A DNA stretch of 64,000 nt, taken from Planctellipticum variicoloris (GTDB lineage Bacteria > Planctomycetota > Planctomycetia > Planctomycetales > Planctomycetaceae). The notes beneath the pieces were generated by a model, which saw nothing but the letters and a program-made list of their open reading frames with translations, did no database searches and was not told where the DNA came from. The stretch spans positions 1,313,557-1,377,556 of the forward strand of contig NZ_CP130886.1 of NCBI RefSeq assembly GCF_030622045.1, given 5' to 3'. The number at the start of each line of letters is the position of its first letter. The stretch's first letter is position 1. The position numbers were made by a program, and so were the translations under genes. Positions 9,662 through 18,629 of the stretch are shown here, one piece after another.

Positions 9662-10501
9662 ATGCCCCTGATTCTGTCACTGATGTTTGGCGCTGCGATC
9701 GTCCTCCTCGTGTGGGCCGGAGAAGGCGCGTTCGGCCGTTTTCTCGACTTTGTCGAGGCCGACTTTCGCGCTCAGCTCCGGCGGCTGCGGGCGAGCCCGC
9801 GGCATGTCCGTCCGGGCCTGCTGTCGTGGTGGATTTTCGTGCTGGCGCTGTTTCTGGTGCTGTGGTTCGTGTTCAACATCCCGATCCTGGGCCTGGCGAT
9901 CTGCGGCGTCCTGTTTCTTGCGCCGTGGTATTTCGTCCGTCGCTGGGCGCACCTGCGCCGCCAGCTCATCGACGATCAGATGGCCGATGCGATGGTTTCG
10001 CTGGCCAGCGCCATCCGGGCCGGGCTGTCGCTGCCGCAGTCGCTCGAAATTCTCGCCAATCAGAGCCCGCGGCCCATCAGCCAGGAGTTCCAGCAGATCG
10101 TCGGCGAATACCAGATGGGCAAGACGATGGAGAAGTGTCTCGACGAGGCCCGCGAGCGGCTTCGCAGCGAGAACTTCGCACTCTTCGCCGCCGCCATGCA
10201 GGCCAGCCGGTCGAGCGGCGGCAGGCTGAACGAAACGGTGGAACGAATCGCGGTCTCCGTCCGGGAAATGCAGCGGCTGGAGCGAAAGATTCAGGCCGAC
10301 ACCTCACAGGCCCGGACGAGCGCGTTCTACATGGCCCTGGTGCCGATCGCGATCCTGGCCATTTACTACTTCGTCGTCGATCCCGAGAGCACCGCACGGT
10401 TATTCACATCGGTTCTCGGCCAGATCTTTCTCTGTACTTCGCTCGTGCTGAATCTGGTCGCCTATCTCTGGGCCCGACAGATTCTCAATCCCGATATCTG
10501 A
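9662..10501 (+). CDS. tadB: TadB (GspF-like inner-membrane platform protein)
   Basis: T2SSF-like topology and motifs (MVSLASAIRAGLSLPQSLEIL; RLNETVERIAVSVREMQRLERKIQADTSQARTSAFYMALVPI). Immediately downstream of cpaF. Confidence 0.75.
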   Translation: MPLILSLMFGAAIVLLVWAGEGAFGRFLDFVEADFRAQLRRLRASPRHVRPGLLSWWIFVLALFLVLWFVFNIPILGLAICGVLFLAPWYFVRRWAHLRRQLIDDQMADAMVSLASAIRAGLSLPQSLEILANQSPRPISQEFQQIVGEYQMGKTMEKCLDEARERLRSENFALFAAAMQASRSSGGRLNETVERIAVSVREMQRLERKIQADTSQARTSAFYMALVPIAILAIYYFVVDPESTARLFTSVLGQIFLCTSLVLNLVAYLWARQILNPDI

Positions 10502-10564
10502 GTCGGTTTCCAACGGCCTTCACGCTCGTTCTTCGAATACGATTCCTTCAGGTCTGCCGGTCAA

Positions 10565-11503
10565 ATGCTGCTTCTGGCCCAATCTCCGCTGCTGAACTTC
10601 ATCCTGCCACTGCTGGGGAGCGGGCTGGTTGGCGTGGCGGTCTTCGTTTTTATCCGCTCGATCGCCAATACGCTCGCCGCGGATGATTTCGAACAGGACC
10701 GCGAATGGCGGTACGACGTCAATCGGATTCAGGAGCTGAGTCGAATCAGCCCCGTCTATCGAATCTTCCAGCCCGTCCTCCAGGCGCTCGCCCGCTTCAA
10801 CCGCAACGCCTTCCGCGAGCAGCTCCCCGAAATCGGCCGCGAACTGCAGGCGGCCGGCTTTCCACGCTTCTGGACGCCCGAAGAATACCTGGGGCTGCTC
10901 GAAATCTGGTCGCTGTGTCTGATGCCGGCCTATGTCTATCTGGCCGTTCTGTTCCTGGGCCCCGCCGGAATTGTTCTGGCCATCGTGCTGACGATGCTCA
11001 CGGGCTGGCTCCTGAGGCGGCGACTCCGGGGGCAGGCGCTGCATCGCGTCGTCCTGATCAAGCGCCGGCTGCCGTTCATGCTGGACCTGGTGACGCTGCT
11101 GATGGAAGCCGGTTCCACGTTCTATCAGGCTCTCGAACGTGCGGTCGAAGAATTCCGCACGCATCCCGTGGGCGCCGAGTTCGGTCGCGTCCTGAGCGAA
11201 ATGAACATGGGCAAGGGACGTATCGCGGCCCTCGAAGCCATGCGAGACCGGCTGCACGACGACGATATTACCGGAATCATCGGTTCCATCATTCAGGGAG
11301 AGCAGCTCGGCACGCCAATCGTCCGGATCTTCCGCACGCAGGCCGACGTGCTTCGGCTCAAACGGAGCCAGCGGGCGGAAATGGTCGCCGGCGAAGCGGC
11401 CGTCAAGATGCTACTGCCCGGAATCCTGATCATGGCCTCCACCGTATTGATCATTCTCGGCCCGTTTCTGATCAACTTCATCTATATGGACTTTGGCACT
11501 TGA
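10565..11503 (+). CDS. tadC: TadC (GspF-like inner-membrane platform protein)
   Basis: Second T2SSF-like protein (MLDLVTLLMEAGSTFYQALERAVEEF...IQGEQLGTPIVRIFRTQADVLRLKRSQRAEMVAGEAAVKMLLPGILIMAS). Confidence 0.75.
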   Translation: MLLLAQSPLLNFILPLLGSGLVGVAVFVFIRSIANTLAADDFEQDREWRYDVNRIQELSRISPVYRIFQPVLQALARFNRNAFREQLPEIGRELQAAGFPRFWTPEEYLGLLEIWSLCLMPAYVYLAVLFLGPAGIVLAIVLTMLTGWLLRRRLRGQALHRVVLIKRRLPFMLDLVTLLMEAGSTFYQALERAVEEFRTHPVGAEFGRVLSEMNMGKGRIAALEAMRDRLHDDDITGIIGSIIQGEQLGTPIVRIFRTQADVLRLKRSQRAEMVAGEAAVKMLLPGILIMASTVLIILGPFLINFIYMDFGT

Positions 11504-11567
11504 ACGGTTTCGGCGAACCGACGCGGAATTCGTTCCAGCACGCGTTCGCCGCCGATAGAATGAAGTT

Positions 11568-12536
11568 GTGCCGTCGTCAGCGTCGCCATTGCGAATTGAA
11601 AACGCTTCCATGACTCAGGTTTCCTCCAGTGCTCCCGGGCGACTGACAGTTCTTGCGGGGGCGGAGCAGGGGACCGTCTATATGCTGGGCGACGAAATCG
11701 TCCAGATGGGGTCCGGTCTCGACAATCAGCTCGTGTTCCATGATTCCCATATCGCGGAACAGCACTGCAGCATCGTGCGTCGGGGCGGCCGTTTCGCCAT
11801 CTATGCACAGCCGGAAACGGGGATTCTGATCGACGGTCGACCGCTGCCGGTCGACCAGTGGGTCTGGCTTCCCGCCGAGGCGGTCCTGCAGCTTTCGCCG
11901 CAGACGGTGGTCTACTTTTCCGCCACGGGCCGCGACCTCGCTCACCCGACGCCGTCGCTGACGCCGACCAGTGCTCCCGCCGAACCCGCTCCCGCTCGAA
12001 ACGGCGCCCGGAAGAAAGTCAAGAAGGGCGAGAAGTCGGACTCCCGCCGGCAGACGGCCCGTTTCATTACCGACCGCACCGGAGAGACGCTCGTCCGCCT
12101 CGGCGAAGACGGCCAGCTTCCCGAACTGCACCTGGCGGATGTCGGCGGCGCCCGTCGGATCGATCCGCGCAAGAGCGGTCAGGGGAATCCGGTACTGGTC
12201 TATGCGGCTCTGGCGTTCAGCGTCCTCGCCTCGGCAGTGCTGCTCGTCCTGGAACCGGAAATCAGCAGCCCCGCCAATTCCCGCGCCGGAGCCCGGAAGG
12301 AAATCGTTCGCGAGTTCATCGGGCAGCCGGGCCAGCCCCTCAAACCCCATCAGCAGCTCCTCCGCGAAGCGACCCTGGCTCACTCGCGCGGCGATTCCAA
12401 ATCCGAACGCGAAGCCCTCCGCAATGTTCTGAAAATGCTCAACTCGGAGGACCGGAATCCGTTTGTCGGGCTGACGGGCCGACTCGAAGACGACGAACGG
12501 CTGCGGCAGCTCATCGCAGTGCTGCTTGCGTCCTGA
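11568..12536 (+). CDS. FHA-domain membrane protein
   Basis: FHA fold near the N-terminus (LTVLAGAEQGTVYMLGDEIVQMGSGLDNQLVFHDSHIAEQHCSIVRRGGRFAIYAQPETGILIDGRPL) and one TM (VLVYAALAFSVLASAVLLVL). An alternative in-frame ATG lies at 11610. Confidence 0.65.
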   Translation: MPSSASPLRIENASMTQVSSSAPGRLTVLAGAEQGTVYMLGDEIVQMGSGLDNQLVFHDSHIAEQHCSIVRRGGRFAIYAQPETGILIDGRPLPVDQWVWLPAEAVLQLSPQTVVYFSATGRDLAHPTPSLTPTSAPAEPAPARNGARKKVKKGEKSDSRRQTARFITDRTGETLVRLGEDGQLPELHLADVGGARRIDPRKSGQGNPVLVYAALAFSVLASAVLLVLEPEISSPANSRAGARKEIVREFIGQPGQPLKPHQQLLREATLAHSRGDSKSEREALRNVLKMLNSEDRNPFVGLTGRLEDDERLRQLIAVLLAS

Positions 12537-12624
12537 GTCTTCCGGTACCCGCCGGACGTGTAGATTTCTCGACAGACAACTCGTTTCAGATCTCTGAGCA
12601 GAACGGTTCTCGAAAGGTCGTGCG

Positions 12625-15264
12625 GTGTCGAGCGAACAGCAGCGATATCAGATCCTCGAAAAGATCGGCGCCGGCAGCTTCGCCACCGTCTATCGCGCCC
12701 GCGATGTCGAACTGGGACGCGAAGTCGCCATCAAGCAGCTCCATCAGCAGTTTCTGGAGGATCCGCGACAGCTCGCCCGGTACTGGCTCGAAGCCCAGCT
12801 CCTGGCGTCGCTCCACCATCCGAACATCGTCACCATCTTCGACGTCGACCGCGAACGCGGATGGCTGATCATGGAGCTCATGCAGGGGAATCTCGCCGAG
12901 CGACTCGGCGGCAAACCGATGGACCTCCGAGCGCTGCGGGCCACCCTGGCCCACTGCCTGCGGGCTCTCAAATATCTCCACGAGCAGGGCGTGATCCATG
13001 GCGATATCAAGCCCGGCAACATGATGATCGACTCGCGCAAACGAGTCAAAATCGGCGATTTCGGTCTCGCCCGACGGGCCAGCGACGACGAAGGGAGCCT
13101 GCTCAAAGGAACGACCAGGTACATGGCCCCCGAAATGGTTTCCGATGACTTCGGCGACGTCGGCCCCGCCAGCGATCTCTATTCGCTCGGCTTTTCCGCC
13201 TACAGCCTGCTTTGCGGCGAGAACTTCGACCAGCTCTTCCCCGGCCTGAACGCTTTCGGCCGCGATCGCCAGATCGCCTGGATGATGTGGCACGCCGCCC
13301 CCGACCGCCGACTCCCGGAAATCCGCCGCGTGCTCGAAGGAGTCCCCGAAGACATCGCGCGCGTCGTTCAGAAGCTGACCGAGAAAGACCAGTCCCTGCG
13401 TTACAAGTCCGCAGACGAAGCCCTCTCGGATCTGCAGGTCGATCTCAAGGTCGTCGGCGGCGGCGACGAGCCTCCGCCCTCCGATGACTCCGGTGCGCGC
13501 CGCAGAGTCTGGGTGGCCGCGGGGGCGCTTGGCTTCTCGCTGGTCATGAGCGCGGCCATGCTCTTCTGGCCGTCGGGCAAGCCCCCGTCGGTTCGCTCAG
13601 AACACACCGTCAACGGCATCCTGCACAAAATCCTGCCGAACGATAGCCGGATCATCGTCCAGGATGCTCACAGCGGCGCCCTCGAAGAATTTGAACTTCC
13701 GCGCAAACAGAAGATCTTCCTGCAGAATGACAAGCGGAATATTCTGCTCCGCGAACTGCAGCCCGGCGATCTGCTCACCATCGAACTGGACGCCAATCGA
13801 ACCAGCCTGGCGCTCGGCATCAACGTTGATCGGCCGGTCCGGAGCCACGGCGTCGTCAAGCAGCTCAATCTGCCCGAACAACGGCTCGTGATCACGCTCT
13901 CCGAGGGCTCCCTGCGCGACGACCTGCCCGTTCACGTTCCCGCGGCCGCCATCCTCGAACTCAACGGCGCCCGGGCAAAGTTGGCTGATCTCCAGGTCGG
14001 CGACCACGTCGCCTTCGCGCACGTCACCGAGTCTGGGGGGCGCGCCAGCCGGTTGCTGCAATCCCTCCGTGCCTCCCGGCTGGTTGGCACGGTGGGCAGC
14101 CTGCGCGAAGTTCTGGACGACGGCCGTCGACTCCGGATCCAGGTCGGACCATCAGGCGGCGCAACGCTCGATCTGCCGCTGGCGGACAACTGCCGGATCA
14201 GCGTTAATGGCGAAGTCACCCGTGCAGGCGTTTCATTGACTTCGGCGGACCTCGCTCCGGGAGACCGGTTGTCGCTCAAGCACGACACGCTGATTCGTGA
14301 ACTGCAGGTGACACGCAGCGAGACCCTCGACGGCGTCATCGAAAAACTCGACCCGGCAGGCCGCGAGCTGCTGGTGATCGCTCCTGATGGCCAGCGTCAG
14401 ACTGTCCTGCTCGATCCGCAGACCGAAGTTACGCTGGGGCTGGAAAAAGTGACGCAATCGTCGTTACGCCGATTCGATGCCGTGCGAGTGAGCGGTTTCA
14501 CTTCGAGCGGAACTCTGCGGGCCTCCGCCATCGACGCCCGCCGACCGACGCAGGCGGACCGCTGGGCGGTGGTCATCGGGACGCAGTCGTATACAGACAC
14601 CTCGCTCAGCCCGGTCAAGACCGCTCTCGACGATGCACGGCTCGTACATTCCGCGCTGCTGAAACGCTATGCCCTCTCCGACCACCGCGGGTCGCTTCTT
14701 CTCGATGCGACGCTGGAGGAATGGAAGCAGACGTTCGAGAACGTGCTGACGGCGGCCAAGCCGGCTACGCAGGTCATCATCTATATCACCGGTCACGCTT
14801 ACCGAACTGACGACGGCAAGGTCTACCTCGCACCGCGCGACTTCGATTCCGCCCGGATGACGGAAACCGGCCTGCCGCTGGCGTGGCTGATCGAACGGCT
14901 GGAAGCCTGCCCGTCGACCGACAAGCTCCTCCTCTGGGACTGTACTCCGGAAGGGAGCGGGCGCGATCTGCAGCGTCAGCCGGCCGGAAAGGAAATCCTT
15001 GATGAGCTGAATTCGCCCCTCCAGTCCACGACGATCGTCATGAGTTGCGACGCCGATCAGCGAAGCCACGTCTGGAACGAACGCAGACGAGGATTGTTCG
15101 CCGCCAGCCTTGCGGAGGCCTTTGACGGCGCCGCCGACGCCGACCGCGACCTCCACTTGACGGCCCCCGAATTGATGAACGCGCTGACTCCAGCTATGAG
15201 GGACGCCGAGGCACGGACGGGCCACCCCCAGACCCCGGTCCTGATCCGACCTCAGGCCCGATAG
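12625..15264 (+). CDS. Hanks-type Ser/Thr protein kinase with one TM and a C-terminal caspase-like (peptidase C14/CHAT-type) domain
   Basis: Kinase subdomains: GAGSFATVYRA, AIKQL, HPNIV, HGDIKPGNMMI, DFGLAR, TTRYMAPE. TM helix VWVAAGALGFSLVMSAAMLFW. C-terminal WAVVIGTQSY...DDARLVHSALL...QVIIYITGHAY...VYLAPRDFD...KLLLWDCTPEGSG has a caspase-like His/Cys dyad context. Confidence 0.85.
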   Translation: MSSEQQRYQILEKIGAGSFATVYRARDVELGREVAIKQLHQQFLEDPRQLARYWLEAQLLASLHHPNIVTIFDVDRERGWLIMELMQGNLAERLGGKPMDLRALRATLAHCLRALKYLHEQGVIHGDIKPGNMMIDSRKRVKIGDFGLARRASDDEGSLLKGTTRYMAPEMVSDDFGDVGPASDLYSLGFSAYSLLCGENFDQLFPGLNAFGRDRQIAWMMWHAAPDRRLPEIRRVLEGVPEDIARVVQKLTEKDQSLRYKSADEALSDLQVDLKVVGGGDEPPPSDDSGARRRVWVAAGALGFSLVMSAAMLFWPSGKPPSVRSEHTVNGILHKILPNDSRIIVQDAHSGALEEFELPRKQKIFLQNDKRNILLRELQPGDLLTIELDANRTSLALGINVDRPVRSHGVVKQLNLPEQRLVITLSEGSLRDDLPVHVPAAAILELNGARAKLADLQVGDHVAFAHVTESGGRASRLLQSLRASRLVGTVGSLREVLDDGRRLRIQVGPSGGATLDLPLADNCRISVNGEVTRAGVSLTSADLAPGDRLSLKHDTLIRELQVTRSETLDGVIEKLDPAGRELLVIAPDGQRQTVLLDPQTEVTLGLEKVTQSSLRRFDAVRVSGFTSSGTLRASAIDARRPTQADRWAVVIGTQSYTDTSLSPVKTALDDARLVHSALLKRYALSDHRGSLLLDATLEEWKQTFENVLTAAKPATQVIIYITGHAYRTDDGKVYLAPRDFDSARMTETGLPLAWLIERLEACPSTDKLLLWDCTPEGSGRDLQRQPAGKEILDELNSPLQSTTIVMSCDADQRSHVWNERRRGLFAASLAEAFDGAADADRDLHLTAPELMNALTPAMRDAEARTGHPQTPVLIRPQAR

Positions 15265-15444
15265 TCGGCCGTTGACGCAACTCGCATTTGCCAGAGACGT
15301 TGCGACATCGGCCCCGCCCGCGAGGAAAACGTCAGCAGGCCGGACTTGCATTTCCCGCCCGTCAACGCGATAACTGGCAGTCTGCATTGACCCTGCGGCG
15401 GAAATCGGCGTCCGAACCGGTTCCGCGGCAGCAATTTGCAACAA

Positions 15445-15519
15445 CGGGATGTAGCGCAGCCTGGCTAGCGCACTTGCTTGGGGTGCAAGAGGTCGTGGGT
15501 TCAAATCCCGCCATCCCGA
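15445..15519 (+). tRNA. tRNA-Pro (anticodon GGG)
   Basis: A 75-nt cloverleaf folded by hand. Acceptor CGGGATG/CATCCCG, D stem GCGC/GCGC, anticodon stem CTTGC/GCAAG with loop TTGGGGT (anticodon GGG), T arm GTGGG-TTCAAAT-CCCGC, discriminator A. CCA is not encoded. Confidence 0.75.
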
Positions 15520-15566
15520 CTTGAATCACGAACGGCTCGTCGCAACTGAACTGCGACGAGCCGTTA
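15515..15566 (+). repeat. 52-bp direct repeat, copy 1. It overlaps the last 5 nt of tRNA-Pro and contains a 14-bp perfect hairpin (AACGGCTCGTCGCA/TGCGACGAGCCGTT).
   Basis: CCCGACTTGAATCACGAACGGCTCGTCGCAACTGAACTGCGACGAGCCGTTA recurs at 18036..18087 with one mismatch. Confidence 0.8.
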
Positions 15567-15790
15567 TCCTTTGGTGCCAATGACGTGCGGATAGTGAATG
15601 GGGCTGAAATCGGTTCGACTGGCCAGGCAGATTTGATTTATTTGCCCGATTGAGTGCCGCTAACCCGTTATCCAATCCGCGGTTGCGGAGTTCAATCCTA
15701 TCGCCCCGTTCGCGGAAATCGACTGGCATCCTAAGCTCGCGGAACCCCGACCAGCACTTCTCGGAAACTCTCTATGCGGGGTTGGCGCCA

Positions 15791-16801
15791 CTACTTCGCT
15801 CGCTCGTACATGATGCTCATGATCGCGCTCTCTTTGCCGTCGGGGCCGGGGGCGTAGATGGTGAAGTCGATGTTGTTCTTGTCTTTCATCTCGGTGACGA
15901 ATTTCATCCTCTGAATTTCTCCGTCAGCTCCGCGGGACTCGCCGACCATGACCATCTGGTTGCCTTCGTAGTTGCCGCTCATTTGCAAAGGCGTCGTTGA
16001 CATCGAATCGATCCAAACGGCGTAATATTTCTTCGATTGCGGATCGTATGTGTCCAGACGTCGACCGGAGAAGTCCCCTTTCTCGCTCTTGAAATCCCAC
16101 ACCAGCCACAGGTCGCCAAGGTCCATCTTCATCGACATGGTGCCCTTCGATTTGGGTCCGCTGGTCGGCTTGACCGTGGCCTTCCACGTGCCTTCCATCT
16201 CTTTCAGTTTGGCGTGCTCCGGTGACCGCTTGACTGCCTCGAATTTGTCGTGTGCCCTTTCCTTGTCCGGATCGTCCGCACCCGTTCTGGGCTGAAATAA
16301 TTCGACGGGATTGCCTGACGGGTCGTCGAGGAGGATTTGGGAACCGCCCGGGCCGGTGATGATGTCATTACGGAACTTGAGGCCCGCTTCGCGAAGCCGC
16401 TTAACCTCTGCTTCGAGGTCGTCTACCTGGATGTGAATCCGGTTCCAGCCGCCGGGAACGGGTTGGCGGCCGTCCGGCATTTCCCTGCGACCGGAGCTGG
16501 TCTTGCCGCTGAGCAAGAGCCGCACCCCATTACGGGTGACGGATGCGAAAGCCGGGCTGGCGTCATGGTCAAGCGCGAAGCCGAGCTGTGTCGTGTAAAA
16601 CTTGATGGCGGTGGGAACGTCGTCGATCATGTAGCGGATGCTAACCGTGGACATGGGCCTGCCCTCCTTCTGTATCGTGTCCTTCGATGCCTTCGTGTCG
16701 TCGCTCTCCACCTCGTTGTAACCACCTGCAGAAATCCCGAGGCAAAGCAACATTACCGGAGGAATGAGCTTGTTCATGAGACTGCCTTTCTTCTTCTCCA
16801 A
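15791..16801 (-). CDS. Secreted VOC (glyoxalase/bleomycin-resistance fold) domain protein with a C-terminal DUF1579-like domain
   Basis: Signal peptide MNKLIPPVMLLCLGISAGG. VOC-like VSIRYMIDDVPTAIKFYTTQLGFALDHD...IHIQVDDLEAEVKRLREAGLKF...ILLDDPSGNPVELFQ. C-terminal EGTWKATVK...DLGDLWLVWDFK resembles DUF1579. GC is lower than the flanks. Confidence 0.6.
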   Translation of the reverse strand: MEKKKGSLMNKLIPPVMLLCLGISAGGYNEVESDDTKASKDTIQKEGRPMSTVSIRYMIDDVPTAIKFYTTQLGFALDHDASPAFASVTRNGVRLLLSGKTSSGRREMPDGRQPVPGGWNRIHIQVDDLEAEVKRLREAGLKFRNDIITGPGGSQILLDDPSGNPVELFQPRTGADDPDKERAHDKFEAVKRSPEHAKLKEMEGTWKATVKPTSGPKSKGTMSMKMDLGDLWLVWDFKSEKGDFSGRRLDTYDPQSKKYYAVWIDSMSTTPLQMSGNYEGNQMVMVGESRGADGEIQRMKFVTEMKDKNNIDFTIYAPGPDGKESAIMSIMYERAK

Positions 16802-16997
16802 TACTCTCGTGCCCGATTCAAGGTCTGGACCATCCTGACTTGGATCGTAACGTTGGGGCGAATGTCGCCGGATCCAACTGTCACAATCGGCTTGCCGAAC
16901 TACCGTCCGTTGGGCACGTGTGCTGTGGGATGAACCTGCGCCCCCGACGCCGGTGATGCTACAGCGGGAGACGATGGTCGTATTGGAGAAAAATGAC

Positions 16998-17825
16998 CTA
17001 GCCGATCAGAGGGACATGATTTCGCAGGAGGCGATTGCTGCGTAGCCCGATATAGTCAGTTGGGCTTAGATCGGAGAACTCCAGAAAATCGTGGATCAGG
17101 TGAGACTGGTCGTAATAGCCGCAGACCAGCGCCACCTGGGCCCAGTTCGGCGTCGCGGTTTGATCCACGACCTCCCGGGCACGCTGGAACCGCAGGACGC
17201 GACAGAAGAGCTTCGGCGTCAAGCCAACTTGAGCCGTAAATACTTGAATAAACCGTCGCTGGCTGAGTCCGACGCGCTTCGCGGCCGCACGAACCGAGTC
17301 GCCGATGCCCGCCGGTCCAAAGATATCGAGGGCGAGAGAAACCGCCGGGTGTTCCGATGGCCATCGCAACCGAGTTTCAAGCATTTCTTCCAGGATTCGA
17401 AATCGTTTCAGAGGCGTCGCGGCGGAACACATTCTCTCTTGAAGCTCGACAGCAGACCTGCCCCATAGGTCCTCCAGACCAAGGTGACTGTTCGCCAGTT
17501 CGCCGGTGGCGCCGCCAAAAAAGGGAAACGCACCACCGGGCCTAAAATGAACGCCCGTCATTGAAGCATGTTGCGTCGGATCGATAACAAACGCACCAGC
17601 ATACGTTCCCGAGACGACAATACCCGGAAATCGCCGGCAACGCTCTGGCTCTGCTGAGCCATAAATTCGAACTTCATCCTCACGAAGGTTAACGACGAGT
17701 TCAATTGTTCCGCTCGGCAGAATTCGCTCTCTCGGGTGAGAGGGCGCGTCGGTGCAGTCCCAGAAATGGTGGATGAAGTTCCCAAGCGGCGCTGCCGGCT
17801 CGTGAGTAACAAGACGCATCCTCAT
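16998..17825 (-). CDS. AraC-family transcriptional regulator
   Basis: C-terminal AraC-type HTH (VGLSQRRFIQVFTAQVGLTPKLFCRVLRFQRARE...VALVCGYYDQSHLIHDFLEFSDLSPTDY). The N-terminal half is a cupin-like sensing region. Confidence 0.75.
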   Translation of the reverse strand: MRMRLVTHEPAAPLGNFIHHFWDCTDAPSHPRERILPSGTIELVVNLREDEVRIYGSAEPERCRRFPGIVVSGTYAGAFVIDPTQHASMTGVHFRPGGAFPFFGGATGELANSHLGLEDLWGRSAVELQERMCSAATPLKRFRILEEMLETRLRWPSEHPAVSLALDIFGPAGIGDSVRAAAKRVGLSQRRFIQVFTAQVGLTPKLFCRVLRFQRAREVVDQTATPNWAQVALVCGYYDQSHLIHDFLEFSDLSPTDYIGLRSNRLLRNHVPLIG

Positions 17826-18035
17826 GGCCTTTCAGTTATGTTGGGCGTCAAGCGACTGGATGGCCGACGACAACCATCATTTGCCCTTTGTGATCGGATT
17901 GATTTTACGGTGGAATAGGTCACCCGTCAGACTTATCAGGATCACTCTGGCCCGTAAAGTCTTTTGCTGCCGGGAGAAGCGCAGTCGGCCACGTCCGGAA
18001 ACATCCCGGAAGAAGTTCAATAGCCGTCCTGTCGC

Positions 18036-18087
18036 CCCGACTTGAATCACGAACGGCTCGTCGCAACTGATCTGCGACGAGCCGTTA
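18036..18087 (+). repeat. 52-bp direct repeat, copy 2 (att-like right boundary of the 2.5-kb islet)
   Basis: Same 52 bp as 15515..15566 with one substitution (A to T in the hairpin loop). Confidence 0.8.
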
Positions 18088-18629
18088 CTCATTTGCCACC
18101 CTCATCTTATCAGTGGATGGCGCTGTCCAATTGATTTGGTTCAAAGGTCCGGCCCAAACTGGACCGGCGGAGACGGGACGACCGTAACGTGCAGGCGAGC
18201 AATGAGTCGCCGAGGTCGTATTCTGTCACCAGCATCGGAACCCTTGACGATCTGACGATGGCGACATCGTCGCTCCAGCCATCCGAGCGGCGGACAGTGT
18301 GTCGGAGCGACTCGGCGATTCACCAAAGCAGTTCTCCCCCAAGTTCCGTTACTTGGAGCCGCAACGGCGCCGAATCGCTCCCTGTCGGGCCTCAGAATTC
18401 GCCGGCGTAAGCACGCATTCGTCCGATGAGCCACAATTTCCCGCCAAACAAGAGCAAGCTGGCAAGAACCGGACGGAGCGCCAGGCATGGCAGTGCAGAA
18501 GGCTTGATCCCTTCCGGCGTCGAGCCCGACGCTCCATAATGCGGCTGCGTGGTGCAATGATCGACTTGGCAGCTTGGACTGCCACAAGCTGGGCTCGTTT
18601 GACGACGTCCTGAGAAGTGGACGCGAGAA

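Noticed and set aside
15520-18035. Intact prophage or integrative element at tRNA-Pro
   Set aside because: Only two cargo genes lie between the direct repeats. There is no integrase, excisionase or phage structural gene, so at most it is a decayed remnant. This is reported as a finding, not a mobile-element feature.
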